The notes: a model not told the origin generated them from the sequence alone. A stretch of 64,000 bases of DNA from an uncultured Armatimonadia bacterium (GCA_964390495.1 CAYMIN010000009.1:6155-70154), one strand, 5' to 3'; positions 18,901 to 27,834 are shown, counted from the stretch's first letter. Numbers and translations are program-made.

Positions 18901-19769
18901 ACCACGGGCACATCGTAGAACTGTGGCTTGGCATGAAATCCACCGTGTACGGCTCCATCAAGCTTGCCGCCGAGCATCGAAACGCGCGGCCACAACTGCC
19001 GAGAAAGCCCGTGGATGGCGGAGACGGCTTCTATTACGCAGACCAGATCAACGTCTCGGCGACCCCCGGCGGACCGACTGTGCAAAGCCATCGCGAGGAA
19101 GCCGCCGGTAGCTTCGAAGCAGGTATGAAGCAACACGGCTTCTATCTGTTCGAGGACCTTGCACCGGGCGCACACACTATCAACATTTCGCTGGCCGGGT
19201 GGACCACACAACCATATACGGTAAATATCACACAGCCCGGCCAGAAGATCCGCCATGACTTCGTCATCCAGCCTGCCCAGGAGCAGCAGGGGCAGGGCCA
19301 ACAGGTCGCAGTGCAGGCGAGCGCCTATTCGCCATACCGCTGCTCACGCATCGTCGGATGGGACTGGCTGCGGAGCAACGGAGCGGCCATCACCTTCGCC
19401 TTCTCTGGCGCGGAGTTCCGGGGCTGCGATCCAGCCGGCATTCGCCTGGAGGTCGAGGCCTTGTGTACCGACAAGGCCAGCGGCGGCGCCGGCTATAGTG
19501 CCGACCTAACCTTCCACCTCAGCGCAGGATCTCAGTCACACGTATGCAAGGTAGAGATGAAAAACCCGTTCGGGCCGCCTGACCCCAATCTGAGAACCGG
19601 CAAGGGCTACACGATAAACGGCAAGAGCGGAACGATACCGGCAGCCTTGATCAACCAGGCGATCGCCACCGGGCAGCTCACAGCGGCAATCACCTGGCCC
19701 TCGGATGTGAGTCCGCAAAACCGCCATGTCGCATTCAAACAAAGCTCCCTGACACTGAAGTCGCAATAG
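15936..19769 (+). CDS. 1277-aa secreted multidomain protein with PKD, fibronectin-III-like and carboxypeptidase-regulatory-like domains
   Basis: N-terminal signal peptide (LLFRLVAVMLFVLLYPICVAAA). PKD motif TYTWTFPDGSTQTGSSASYTFNTAGIYDVKLKV. Fn3-like ITWASDVATTTRVQW...LTPGQTYTFY. CarboxypepD_reg-like ISVTVV...GVCVDTW..ETDANGNIIFHDIAVGEHTV. GGAGGG RBS. Confidence 0.8.
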   Translation: MHSSYQGNTLLFRLVAVMLFVLLYPICVAAAPGIGVAFFANATPNCPAPEGFAASDWEWRPLYVSNSGSFAMPQNPNLIGKPFHWQSTVAWKNHMGASPWGNSADFAHDGLPSGVWRRYSETLYHQVNGAVIPNPQAVPGYDVPDYYFQHYGAGGTMSADQLPTNWYLDPMKRWLVWSALTASDGISNWGAYQDISGMYSFEKWEGGEARTLQCGARMGSGGAGLFAGLLVAEYALTIAYDQQVQALNQQVAAYRAAQMPTEHDYYGIDDPSLGQRIVVRRKVPNFAIPSGCDSGIAPTRNSQGSVGIRTPELTAPQSGEASQSKAVTFNESFTTATVPFQFSIEPSCESGTPSSQFSGRFSLRLHEYGGGWHEVPIAGVKAGQWISPWSYVQDRDTAPSWNSTNNAGEAVSTQVSTSGTNSLALAWSGEVIVRAYDWGVSHFDKLEVKATVSAKGAAGGETTKARGWLSVQPLFTRNIAQAGPWASKQPGQSVTFSADTSVIPSNATATTYTWTFPDGSTQTGSSASYTFNTAGIYDVKLKVDPTVPDVAPNAYLFNDPAGGLSYDICRVAVGQSSNPVDSSDAATVQFQNVTVTATASQITADFTTNTPLQALFSWRMAPPDFVGPMPTGLEGYVTDQNATTNHHLSVSVDQGTPYTLSISVQPGGSGTKVYARYDNQQLWNIMTPTSGTGSVALSSSTAPVSFSVPTFAGTPGQAHITWASDVATTTRVQWSDQLSSPPSSAAAAGNYYDPTYTTDHDVTITGLTPGQTYTFYLSGVPQASTGHVYLRHPYAPGSSLAPIGWRFTVPQYYDSGSRAGEAHPLEYLTATSQEGGALQVQAVLQQPGRIRLNYRPYGTGDWTTGTWTDASGTQQWSLALSQGPYELVVDWETLGGQIMSSRPYAVVHQEVEEPQPVGLISVTVVRADNRQRLQGIGVCVDTWSNPDFVGETDANGNIIFHDIAVGEHTVFASEAGYHSANQTVTVQEDHGHIVELWLGMKSTVYGSIKLAAEHRNARPQLPRKPVDGGDGFYYADQINVSATPGGPTVQSHREEAAGSFEAGMKQHGFYLFEDLAPGAHTINISLAGWTTQPYTVNITQPGQKIRHDFVIQPAQEQQGQGQQVAVQASAYSPYRCSRIVGWDWLRSNGAAITFAFSGAEFRGCDPAGIRLEVEALCTDKASGGAGYSADLTFHLSAGSQSHVCKVEMKNPFGPPDPNLRTGKGYTINGKSGTIPAALINQAIATGQLTAAITWPSDVSPQNRHVAFKQSSLTLKSQ

Positions 19770-19855
19770 TGGGGACATTATGCCGATCTGAAGGGCGGTG
19801 TGTGAGGACGTAGCAGAAATATGTGGCATAGATGTCTTGACACGGGGCCTGTTTC

Positions 19856-19897
19856 ACTACTATGATTAGTAGTACGTGTTATGGGGAATACTACTAG
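19856..19897. promoter_or_regulatory. candidate BlaI/MecI-type operator: ACTACTA-TGAT-TAGTAGT dyad plus a third ACTACTA half-site
   Basis: Perfect 7-bp inverted repeat with a 4-bp spacer, and a direct repeat of the half-site ~30 bp downstream. Lies 55-100 bp upstream of the BlaI-family repressor gene. Confidence 0.45.
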
Positions 19898-19952
19898 CAG
19901 GTAAGCAACTCGCCGAACCCGCTATCTGCGTCAACGCTCCAAGTAGCCGGAG

Positions 19953-20408
19953 GTGACCATCGTGGAAAAAGACAATGCGCCGGAGGTCCCCGTCTATCGC
20001 CCTGGCGAAGAGGGCCTGCAACAGACCCTGGGAGCCCTGGAAGCCCGCGTGATGAATGCCGTCTGGGACGTCGAGGGCCACGTCTCGGTGGAGCAGGTCC
20101 GCCAGAAGCTCGAGGAGCAGGGCAAGAAGGTCGCCTACACCACCGTCATGACCACCATGAGCCGCTTGTACAATAAGGGGCTGCTTAGCCGCGAGATGCG
20201 CGGCAAGGCCTACTACTATACCGCCGGCGTATCGCGCGGCGAGCTCGACACCAATGTCATCAGGCAGGTGATAGACGGCCTGCTGGGCACCTTTGCCGAA
20301 CCGGTCATGTCGTACTTCGTCGAGGCGCTGCGGGACAGCGACCCGGCCCAACTCGATTCGTTAGCAGCGATGATCGAAGAGAAGCGCAAGGAAGATCAAG
20401 GGGGTTAG
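19953..20408 (+). CDS. BlaI/MecI/CopY-family winged-helix transcriptional repressor
   Basis: VSVEQVRQKL...YTTVMTTMSRLYNKGLL.RE..GKAYYY matches the penicillinase-repressor family. GTG start (19953 or 19962), GGAGG RBS. Confidence 0.8.
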   Translation: MTIVEKDNAPEVPVYRPGEEGLQQTLGALEARVMNAVWDVEGHVSVEQVRQKLEEQGKKVAYTTVMTTMSRLYNKGLLSREMRGKAYYYTAGVSRGELDTNVIRQVIDGLLGTFAEPVMSYFVEALRDSDPAQLDSLAAMIEEKRKEDQGG

Positions 20409-20412
20409 CTTC

Positions 20413-21408
20413 TTGGCCGCTGTGCTGGCCGCGGCCCTGCTGTTGATCGTCTCTGGCGCAGTAATACAACTGCTCATCGCCCTGCCGGCAACGGCTGCAG
20501 CCGAATCACTTTCCGATGACAATCCCGCTAGCGCTGCCCGTTTCTGGCTGGCGGTTTGCCTGTTACCCCCGATCGCCGCCGTTCTGCTCACCAGCCTTTG
20601 CCTGATCGCCCCCTCAACTGCTGCTCTCTCACCGCACCTGGAGCGCGTCCGCTCGCACTTCTGCTGGCGAGGTCTGACCCAGGCGCCTGACGCGGTCTGG
20701 CACTTCCGCCTAGCCGCCACGCTCGCCGCTGCCGTCATCCTCTTCGCCCTATCACGTTTCATCTGGCGCTGGGTAAGCTCCCGGCGAGTGGAGAAGCTGG
20801 CGGCGCAGATGGCAGCAGGCAAGGACCAAAGCCACCTGCTAATTGCGAGAAGCGACCACGACTTCTCTTTTACTGTGGGGGTGCGCGAGGGTTTCGTGGT
20901 GGTGTCGCGCGGACTGGTGGACCGGCTCACGGATGAGCAATTGCGCGCCCTGCTGGCCCACGAGCAGGCCCATGTTGAGCGCAAAGATAATATGTGGCAT
21001 CTGATCGTCGAACTGGCCGGCACGCTTGCCTTGCCGATGCCGTTGGGCTTCCTCTCTGCTCAGCGCTGGCGGGCAGCGGCGGAAGCTGACTGTGATTTGC
21101 AGGCGGCCCAAGCTACCAGCCGGGAGACCGTCAGCCGGCTCCTGCTGATGCTGGAGCAGCAGACCCGCCCGCCGCAAGCCTCGCTGCCTGCCGGACTGAC
21201 CCCCGTATATCATGCCGGCATCTCCCCCAGTCACCGTGCCGGCCGCCTGATCGGCTCGCCCCGACCTTTGGTGGCGCCGCCGCTGGCAGTCGTGATCGCC
21301 GCCGAATTGGGCGCCATACTGATAGCAGTTGTGCTAGCCAGACGTTGGCTGTGGGATTCGCTTTACTGTGCCGGTGAGAGCCTGCTCAGGGTGATGGCCG
21401 GCCGGTGA
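20413..21408 (+). CDS. BlaR1/MecR1-like M56 membrane metalloprotease without a C-terminal penicillin-binding sensor domain
   Basis: N-terminal TM helices. HEQAH zinc motif in LLAHEQAHVERKD. 331 aa, versus ~585 aa for sensor-containing BlaR1. Immediately downstream of blaI. Start codon uncertain (TTG or GTG). Confidence 0.7.
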   Translation: MAAVLAAALLLIVSGAVIQLLIALPATAAAESLSDDNPASAARFWLAVCLLPPIAAVLLTSLCLIAPSTAALSPHLERVRSHFCWRGLTQAPDAVWHFRLAATLAAAVILFALSRFIWRWVSSRRVEKLAAQMAAGKDQSHLLIARSDHDFSFTVGVREGFVVVSRGLVDRLTDEQLRALLAHEQAHVERKDNMWHLIVELAGTLALPMPLGFLSAQRWRAAAEADCDLQAAQATSRETVSRLLLMLEQQTRPPQASLPAGLTPVYHAGISPSHRAGRLIGSPRPLVAPPLAVVIAAELGAILIAVVLARRWLWDSLYCAGESLLRVMAGR

Positions 21409-21506
21409 CCGCGCAGGCCGTGGCGGATGGCGTATCTCTTTTGCAAAAACCACCGGTTTGTGCTAAAATCTCGGCGATGGAGAACCTGGGTTTTGAGTGG
21501 AGCACT

Positions 21507-22103
21507 ATGCGCCGTGTCGGCATAATGGGCGGCACTTTTGACCCTATTCACCACGGGCATCTGGTCGCCGCCGAGCAGGTGTGTCAGGACTATGATCTGC
21601 AGCGCGTCGTTTTCATTCCCTCCGGCCGGTCTCCCCACAAGCCTGACGCCAAAATCAGCAGCGCTAAAGACCGCTATCTGATGGCGCTTCTGGCGACGAT
21701 TGATAGCCCCCGCTTCTCCGTGTCCCTGGTGGAACTGAGCCGTGATGAGATCACTTACACCATAGACACCTTGCGGCAGTTGCGGTTATGGACTGGGCCG
21801 CGTTGCCAACTGTATTTCATTGCCGGCGCCGACATGGCCCTGGACCTGCCCACCTGGCGGCAGCCGGACGCCGTCCTGGACGAATGTCACTTTATAGCCG
21901 TCGAGCGTCCGAGGTATGATTTGACCAATCTTGAGCAGGCAATCGGCCCGCAGCGGGCGGCCAAAATGCAGGTGGTAGCGGCTCCCACCCCGGATATCTC
22001 GGCTACGGACCTCCGCAAACGGGTCGCTGCAGGCACGTCCCTGGCTGGCCTGACTCCGGAGCCTGTCAGCCTGTATATCGCGGCAGCAGGGCTCTACAGT
22101 TAG
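21507..22103 (+). CDS. nadD: nicotinate-nucleotide adenylyltransferase
   Basis: GIMGGTFDPIHHGHL (H/TxGH motif). Confidence 0.85.
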   Translation: MRRVGIMGGTFDPIHHGHLVAAEQVCQDYDLQRVVFIPSGRSPHKPDAKISSAKDRYLMALLATIDSPRFSVSLVELSRDEITYTIDTLRQLRLWTGPRCQLYFIAGADMALDLPTWRQPDAVLDECHFIAVERPRYDLTNLEQAIGPQRAAKMQVVAAPTPDISATDLRKRVAAGTSLAGLTPEPVSLYIAAAGLYS

Positions 22104-22181
22104 CTCCTGCCGTGCAGGTGTGGCGGCGTTGCGGGCAGCAGGGACCGAAACCAAACCAGCAGCAGTCATTCGGAGCAAGAC

Positions 22182-23456
22182 ATGAAGAGCTCTCTCGATA
22201 TCGTCCTATACTTCCTGGCCATTGCCGTGATCGTCGGCGGAGCGCTGGGCGTGTACGACGCAGTGGTCTGCCCTACCGTGACCCGGCCGACCCCCGGTGT
22301 GGCTACCGATAGCGGTGAGCCGTGGTACCGGCCCAGCCACCTGCCTAGCGGCACGACCCTGCGCGTGGTCCTGCTGGGCGCTGATGAACGCAAGGACGAC
22401 CCCGGCCGCTCCGATACCTTGATTGTCGTTTTCATCAACCCAAGCTTGAAGAAAGTGGCCCTACTCTCGATCCCGCGCGATCTCCGGGTCCGTATCCCCG
22501 GCCACGGTTACGACAAGATTAATGCCGCCTTTGCAGAGGGTGGGCCTCAACTCACCGTTGCCACGGTCCGGGAATTGCTGGACCAGGATACTGACTACTA
22601 TGTGAAGGTCAATTTCGAGGGCTTTGTGAAGGTGGTGGACACCCTCGGCGGAGTTGACATAACTGTGCCTGACATCGAGGGGCCCAAAACTAATGGTGCC
22701 CATGAGGGCATGAACTATGACGACAACTGGGGCAATCTGCACATCGCGCTGAAACCGGGACGCCAGCACCTTGATGGCAGACAGGCTCTGGGATTCGTCC
22801 GCTACCGCAAGTCGAACGTTTACCGCACCCGCTCGGGCGTGAAATATCAGGTTGAGATCGGCGACCTGGAGCGCGCCGCCAACCAGCAGATGTTCATCAG
22901 GGAGCTGATGGACCAGAAGCTGCGGGTATCGCAATGGTGGCGACTGCTCAAGGCCGGCAGCCAGATAATGAACTATATCGAGACCGACATCGGCTGGCTC
23001 GAAGCCGTGGACATGTTCAAGGTCCTGAGGGCCGTCAAGCCCTCGGAGGTCCACTGTGCAACCGTGCCTATGGGCGGCCGCATGCACAACGGCGTCTGGT
23101 ACGGCGAGCTGCACGAAACGGCCTTTCACGAAGAGCTTAGCACGATCCAGGACCATCTCTATGGCCGCATCAACACTGACTGCCCGGTAGCGGTCTATAA
23201 CGGCTGCGGCAAGACCGGGATAGCCGGCCAGGCCGCCGAACTGCTGCGCCGCTACGGCTTCGAAGACGTCACCACCGACAACGCCGAGGAGTTCGACCAC
23301 CAGCGCACCTCAATCGAGTACCACGGCGACACCAAAGCCATAGCCGAGCGCGCCGCAGAGGCCATCGGCTGCGGACAAGTCGTCGCCGCCACCGGCCAGG
23401 AGGCGCACGCGCGGCTGGATATCGTGATCGGTGAAGACTTCCAGCCGCCGAGTTAG
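22182..23456 (+). CDS. LytR-CpsA-Psr (LCP) family cell-envelope phosphotransferase with C-terminal LytR_C-like domain
   Basis: N-terminal TM, then RSDTLIVVFINP...LSIPRDL...GYDKINAAF... and the GGVD.TVP core. Confidence 0.8.
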   Translation: MKSSLDIVLYFLAIAVIVGGALGVYDAVVCPTVTRPTPGVATDSGEPWYRPSHLPSGTTLRVVLLGADERKDDPGRSDTLIVVFINPSLKKVALLSIPRDLRVRIPGHGYDKINAAFAEGGPQLTVATVRELLDQDTDYYVKVNFEGFVKVVDTLGGVDITVPDIEGPKTNGAHEGMNYDDNWGNLHIALKPGRQHLDGRQALGFVRYRKSNVYRTRSGVKYQVEIGDLERAANQQMFIRELMDQKLRVSQWWRLLKAGSQIMNYIETDIGWLEAVDMFKVLRAVKPSEVHCATVPMGGRMHNGVWYGELHETAFHEELSTIQDHLYGRINTDCPVAVYNGCGKTGIAGQAAELLRRYGFEDVTTDNAEEFDHQRTSIEYHGDTKAIAERAAEAIGCGQVVAATGQEAHARLDIVIGEDFQPPS

Positions 23457-23492
23457 ATTCTTGAACCCGCAGCACCTAGGGCGGGCACCAGT

Positions 23493-23876
23493 TTGCACTC
23501 AGTTCAGGGAGGCGATTACTTGGGTTTGAATCCCAAAGAGAAGGCCGAGGCGATCGTCCAGGCGGTTCAGGACCGACGCGGCTTGGACATTGTACTGCTG
23601 GACATGCGACCGGTCACGACGATCTGCGATTACTTCGTTATCTGCCACGGGCGCTCGCCTCAGCATCTGGCAGCGATCGCCGAAGAAGTGCAGCAGCAGA
23701 TGGAGAAGCTCGGCATCCGGCCCGGCCACGTCGAGGGCAGCCGCGAGGGCCGATGGATACTCATTGACTACCTCCACGTGGTGGTGCACATCTTTTCCGA
23801 AGAGACCCGCCAGACCTATGATCTGCAGCGCCTCTGGGCCGACGCCAAGGTCGTCATAGAGCCTAGCGATGACTGA
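23493..23876 (+). CDS. rsfS: ribosome silencing factor RsfS (Iojap family)
   Basis: DIVLLDMRPVTTICDYFVICHG..S..H...IA and IDYLHVVVHIF. Conserved proximity to nadD. Confidence 0.85.
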   Translation: MHSVQGGDYLGLNPKEKAEAIVQAVQDRRGLDIVLLDMRPVTTICDYFVICHGRSPQHLAAIAEEVQQQMEKLGIRPGHVEGSREGRWILIDYLHVVVHIFSEETRQTYDLQRLWADAKVVIEPSDD

Positions 23877-24585
23877 TGAAATAGCCGACGACAGTCAGGT
23901 CGAGCTCGACAAGCTCCTGGCACGGGGCCAGCTTCTGCTTCGGACCGGCGACTTGGCCGGGGCCGAAGCGGCGGCCCTTGAGCTCGCCGAGCGGCATCCG
24001 GACAGCACCTCAGCCCACGAACAGCTTGGCGATGTCTATCTGGCTATGGGCAAATCGGCGCAGGCCCGCAGGCACTACCGCTGCGCCCTCCAGATCGAGC
24101 CGGCCAATGCCGATGCCGAGCGCAAGTTCGCTGCTGCGCTAGTTAACATGTCGCCTGAGGAGCAGCGACGCCAGGCGATCCGGGGGCTTGTGAGCGGCTC
24201 TGACGATTATCAACCGAGTGCTCGCCGGCCGCTCAATGCGGTAGTAGCGGCTGTGATATTCCCGGGCCTGGGACAGCTCTATAACCGCCAGTACGAGAAG
24301 GGCCTGGCGCTTTTCGGCGGCGCCGCCGTGCTGGTCATGCTGCTGTTTTACGGCTTCGTCATCAATCCCTGGAGCATCGTGGCACATCAGGCCGCCGGCA
24401 AGAGCCTTACCTGGCAGCAACAGATCGAACTGGCCCAGAAGGTGCTCGCGAACATGTCAATAGGCTATTGGGCGCTGCTGATATGCGGCACTATGGTATT
24501 GGTGGCCGTCTATGTTTACTGCATCTACGACGCCCACAGAACCGCTCAGGAGCAGGTAGATACTCCCGAGGGACTGGGAGTCTAG
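23869..24585 (+). CDS. TPR-repeat protein with C-terminal two-helix membrane domain
   Basis: TPR-like helices in residues 1-110, then hydrophobic segments around the GLGQLYNRQYEKG motif. 8-bp overlap with rsfS. Confidence 0.6.
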   Translation: MTDEIADDSQVELDKLLARGQLLLRTGDLAGAEAAALELAERHPDSTSAHEQLGDVYLAMGKSAQARRHYRCALQIEPANADAERKFAAALVNMSPEEQRRQAIRGLVSGSDDYQPSARRPLNAVVAAVIFPGLGQLYNRQYEKGLALFGGAAVLVMLLFYGFVINPWSIVAHQAAGKSLTWQQQIELAQKVLANMSIGYWALLICGTMVLVAVYVYCIYDAHRTAQEQVDTPEGLGV

Positions 24586-24681
24586 CGGCGAATCCTGATA
24601 GGCCAGGTTGACACGTGTTGAACTTTTATACTAAGCTGTTCCCAAGCATGACGGCATATTTGCGATTGGGAGGCAACACAA

Positions 24682-24942
24682 GTGCGTGGGCGTGTAAAAT
24701 GGTTTGACGCCCAAAAGGGCTACGGCTTCATCGAGCGCGAGGACGAGGAGGATGTTTTCGTCCACTACTCGGCGATTCAGGAAGAGGGCTACAAGACGCT
24801 CGATGACGGCGAGGAGGTAGAGTTCGACGTGGTGCAGGGCGACCGCGGCCCACAAGCTGCGAACGTCGTGCGCATGGGCGGCTCTAGCGCATCGCCGGTA
24901 TCTGACGAAGAAGACGAAGCCGATACCGAGTCGGTTTGGTAG
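24682..24942 (+). CDS. cold-shock protein (CspA family) with an acidic C-terminal extension
   Basis: GTG start with a [21 protein letters not shown] (RNP1) and VFVHYSAI (RNP2). ~20-aa tail rich in D/E. Confidence 0.85.
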   Translation: MRGRVKWFDAQKGYGFIEREDEEDVFVHYSAIQEEGYKTLDDGEEVEFDVVQGDRGPQAANVVRMGGSSASPVSDEEDEADTESVW

Positions 24943-24988
24943 TCAAGCTCAGCACCAGTGCAGCTAATCGAGACCTAGAGTAAGCGAC

Positions 24989-25033
24989 AACCCCGGGGTC
25001 CTCCGAGGGAGGAGAAGGCTGAGGGGTTTTTTG
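24989..25033 (+). terminator. rho-independent terminator downstream of csp
   Basis: GC-rich hairpin (CCCC/GGGG outer stem, CCTCC-GAG-GGAGG inner stem) followed by TTTTTT. Confidence 0.6.
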
Positions 25034-25088
25034 CGATTCCTAAACGGAGGCACGATAGGGCTTATAGACATACAACGCCCTGCCGAAG

Positions 25089-26885
25089 ATGGCCAGGCGG
25101 AGAAGCATTGCATACAGGTTGGGTAGATATTATTTCCACATTCTTGAAAGAAGCGTCCGCCGTTCGGACCTTTCTCAGTATTCGCTGATTCTGGCTGCAG
25201 GAGCTCTGGTCGGGGTCCTAGCCGGCGGCGGCGCAGTTGCCTTCCGCTTGCTGATTGAGTACTTCCACATGGTGTTCTTCACGCAGCTACCTCACGCCTT
25301 CGCCTTCATGGGTGACAGCTACGTGATACTTGCGCCTGGGATCGGCGCGCTGTTGGGCGGCGCCCTGGTCCATCTGCTGGCACCCGATGCCGGCGGTAGC
25401 GGCATACCTCAGGTTATGGAAGCAGTGGTGGCGCAAGGCGGCAAGATCCGCGGCCGCGTCGCCGTGGTTAAGGCGCTCGCCTCCTCACTGACTGCCGGCT
25501 CCGGTGGCTCGGTCGGCCGCGAAGGCCCGATCGTGCATATCGGGTCGGCGCTCGGTTCGCTGATTGCCCAGGTTTGTGGCCTCAATCGCACGCGCATCCG
25601 CACCTTGCTGGCCTGTGGCGCGGCCGCCGGGATTGCTGCCACCTTCAACTCCCCCCTGGCCGGTGCCTTCTTTGCCCACGAGATCATCCTGTCAGAGGTC
25701 GGCGCCGAATCGTTTGCCGCAGTGGTGGTCTCCGCAGTCACTGCGTCAGTCATCGGCCATGCGGCCTTTGGCGATTCCCCGGCCTTTCTGATACCCGAAT
25801 ACAAACTCGCCACCTTAGGCGAATTGCCGTTCTTCTTCGTGTTAGGATTGGCAGCAGCGGCAGCGGCAGTGGTCTTCACCCGGGTGCTATATGCCGTCCA
25901 GGACCTGTTCGCGGCATCTCGGCTGCCGATATGGCTCACCGCAGCCATTGGCGGGCTCTTGGTGGGCTTGATTGGCTACTTCTATCCCGCCGTCCGTTGC
26001 ATCGGGTATGACAGGATCAGGGAAATCTTGATCGGCCAGGAAACGGCCGCCGGGCTGCTATTGCTTCTATGTGTGCTTAAAATTGTGGCAACATCGCTGA
26101 GTATCGGCTCCGGCGGCTCCGGCGGCCTGGTGGCGCCTTCGCTGTTCATAGGAGCCGTTTTGGGGGCCGGACTCGCCCGCCTGACTGCCAGCTATACCGT
26201 GACGACCACACCGGCCTACGCGCTGGTGGGTATGGGGGCCACCTTTGCGGCCGCCAGTCATGCCCCCATCACCTCGGTCCTGACCGTGTTCGAACTGACC
26301 CGGGACTATAGCATGATACTGCCTCTGATGCTGGCCTGTGGCGTGGCTACCATCGCCGCCCGTATGATGTACCGCTTCTCGATCTTCAACTTCTACTTGG
26401 TGCGACGCGGCATCCACTACTCCCTGAGCCGGGACACGCGGCTGCTGGATCAAATCACCGTCAGCGAAGCGATGGCAACCGACATCATGACGGTGCCCCC
26501 TGACATGCCCGTGTCGCAGGCTGCTCACCTTTTCGATCAGACCAAGCACCACGGCTTCCCGATTGCCGATGACAACGGCATCCTGCACGGCATCATCTCT
26601 CTGGGTGATGTGCGCGAGGCCCTGGCGCGCGGCCGACACAACATCACCGTCCAGGAAGCGGGCACCCACGACCTGATTGTCGCCTTCCCGGACGAAACCC
26701 TCAATGACGCCTTGCGCAAGCTGGGCCTGCGCGATATCGGCCGGCTGCCCGTAGTCGAGCGCGATTGTCATACCAGACTCGTCGGGCTAGTCACCCGCAA
26801 AAACATTATCGGCGCGTACAACAGGGCCCTGGTCAAGCTGCACACCCATCTGGACGAGACCGTCAAACCGGAACACATCGAATAG
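25089..26885 (+). CDS. ClC-family voltage-gated chloride channel / H+-Cl- antiporter with C-terminal CBS pair
   Basis: GSGIPQV and GREGP selectivity motifs and a GxFxP-like region. Two C-terminal CBS domains. Confidence 0.85.
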   Translation: MARRRSIAYRLGRYYFHILERSVRRSDLSQYSLILAAGALVGVLAGGGAVAFRLLIEYFHMVFFTQLPHAFAFMGDSYVILAPGIGALLGGALVHLLAPDAGGSGIPQVMEAVVAQGGKIRGRVAVVKALASSLTAGSGGSVGREGPIVHIGSALGSLIAQVCGLNRTRIRTLLACGAAAGIAATFNSPLAGAFFAHEIILSEVGAESFAAVVVSAVTASVIGHAAFGDSPAFLIPEYKLATLGELPFFFVLGLAAAAAAVVFTRVLYAVQDLFAASRLPIWLTAAIGGLLVGLIGYFYPAVRCIGYDRIREILIGQETAAGLLLLLCVLKIVATSLSIGSGGSGGLVAPSLFIGAVLGAGLARLTASYTVTTTPAYALVGMGATFAAASHAPITSVLTVFELTRDYSMILPLMLACGVATIAARMMYRFSIFNFYLVRRGIHYSLSRDTRLLDQITVSEAMATDIMTVPPDMPVSQAAHLFDQTKHHGFPIADDNGILHGIISLGDVREALARGRHNITVQEAGTHDLIVAFPDETLNDALRKLGLRDIGRLPVVERDCHTRLVGLVTRKNIIGAYNRALVKLHTHLDETVKPEHIE

Positions 26886-26889
26886 CGGG

Positions 26890-27627
26890 GTGGCGATGGA
26901 CTCCCAAGCGCGAGAACTGCTCATTATCGTCGCAACCTATAACGAAAGCGAGAATATCCCCATCCTTATCGCTAAGCTGAGGGAGCTACCGGTACCCGCG
27001 CACCTGCTGGTGGTGGATGACAACTCCCCCGACGGCACCGGCCGAATCGTGGAAGAACTCGCCGAGCAAACGCCCGCAGCCATCCGCGTCTTGCACCGCA
27101 GCGGTAAGCTCGGATACGCCTCGGCGCTGCGTGAGGGCTTCGCCCTGGGGCTGGCCGAAGGCTATAAGGTTATCATGACGATGGACGCCGACCTGTCTCA
27201 CGACCCGGCCAAGATCCCCGAAATCTACGCAGCCACTGAGCACCACGATGTGGTGCTGGGCTCGCGCTATGTCCCCGGCGGCGGGACCGTCAACTGGCCG
27301 CTGCATCGGCGCTTGCTCAGCCGCACCGCCTCGCGCTTGGCCCGGTTGCTGGCCGGCCTACGGGCTTCTGACTGCACCGGCGGCTTCCGCGCCTACCGCA
27401 GCCCTATCATCACCGCCGCAGGTCTGCTTGACAGCAACACCGAGGGCTACTCCTTTTTGGTCGAGACGCTGTTCAAATGCCAACGTGCCGGCGCCAGTAT
27501 CGGCGAGGTACCGATACTTTTTGCCGACCGCCGGCTGGGCACCTCGAAGATTTCCAAAAAGATTATCCTCGAGGCCGGCTGGGTGCTGCTGAAGCTATTC
27601 TGGTGGCGACTCACCCGTAAGCCCTGA
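26890..27627 (+). CDS. GT2 polyprenyl-phosphate glycosyltransferase (Dpm1/ArnC-like)
   Basis: LLIIVATYNESENI, VVDDNSPDGT, MDADLSHDP (DXD-like). Confidence 0.8.
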   Translation: MAMDSQARELLIIVATYNESENIPILIAKLRELPVPAHLLVVDDNSPDGTGRIVEELAEQTPAAIRVLHRSGKLGYASALREGFALGLAEGYKVIMTMDADLSHDPAKIPEIYAATEHHDVVLGSRYVPGGGTVNWPLHRRLLSRTASRLARLLAGLRASDCTGGFRAYRSPIITAAGLLDSNTEGYSFLVETLFKCQRAGASIGEVPILFADRRLGTSKISKKIILEAGWVLLKLFWWRLTRKP

Positions 27628-27774
27628 GTGCAACACAGGCGACGTCGTGCTTGGCTTGGCAGGCAGACCCGGGCGTTCTCATTTCTCGATGCAGGTCTCT
27701 TTCCTTTTGGTTTCAGCAGGAAGGTATTCGGAGCAAATTGTGGAACCTAGACTGAGACACACAAGAAGCGATGG

Positions 27775-27791
27775 GCGGTGTCGGACACCGC
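27775..27791. promoter_or_regulatory. 17-bp perfect palindrome GCGGTGTC-G-GACACCGC upstream of the DegT-family gene
   Basis: Read directly. Lies ~45 bp upstream of the RBS-supported start at 27835. Confidence 0.3.
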
Positions 27792-27834
27792 TTTAGCACT
27801 CGTAATTGGGATACGATATAGGAGGAATACTCAA

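Noticed and set aside
20413-21408. Calling the BlaR1-like gene a beta-lactam sensor / resistance regulator
   Set aside because: Only the M56 protease and TM portion is present. No penicillin-binding sensor domain is encoded, and no beta-lactamase or PBP2a gene is nearby. The inducing signal is therefore unknown.
24586-24681. Sigma-70 promoter upstream of csp (TTGACA ... TATACT)
   Set aside because: The best hexamer pair has only 13-15 nt spacing by my count, so I did not list it as a feature. A promoter surely exists here, but I cannot place it confidently.
27778-27834. Longer start for the DegT-family ORF (MSDTALALVIGIRYRRNTQ...)
   Set aside because: A strong AGGAGGAA RBS is correctly spaced before the internal ATG at 27835. 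The N-terminal extension would read through the 17-bp palindrome and has no counterpart in DegT-family proteins.
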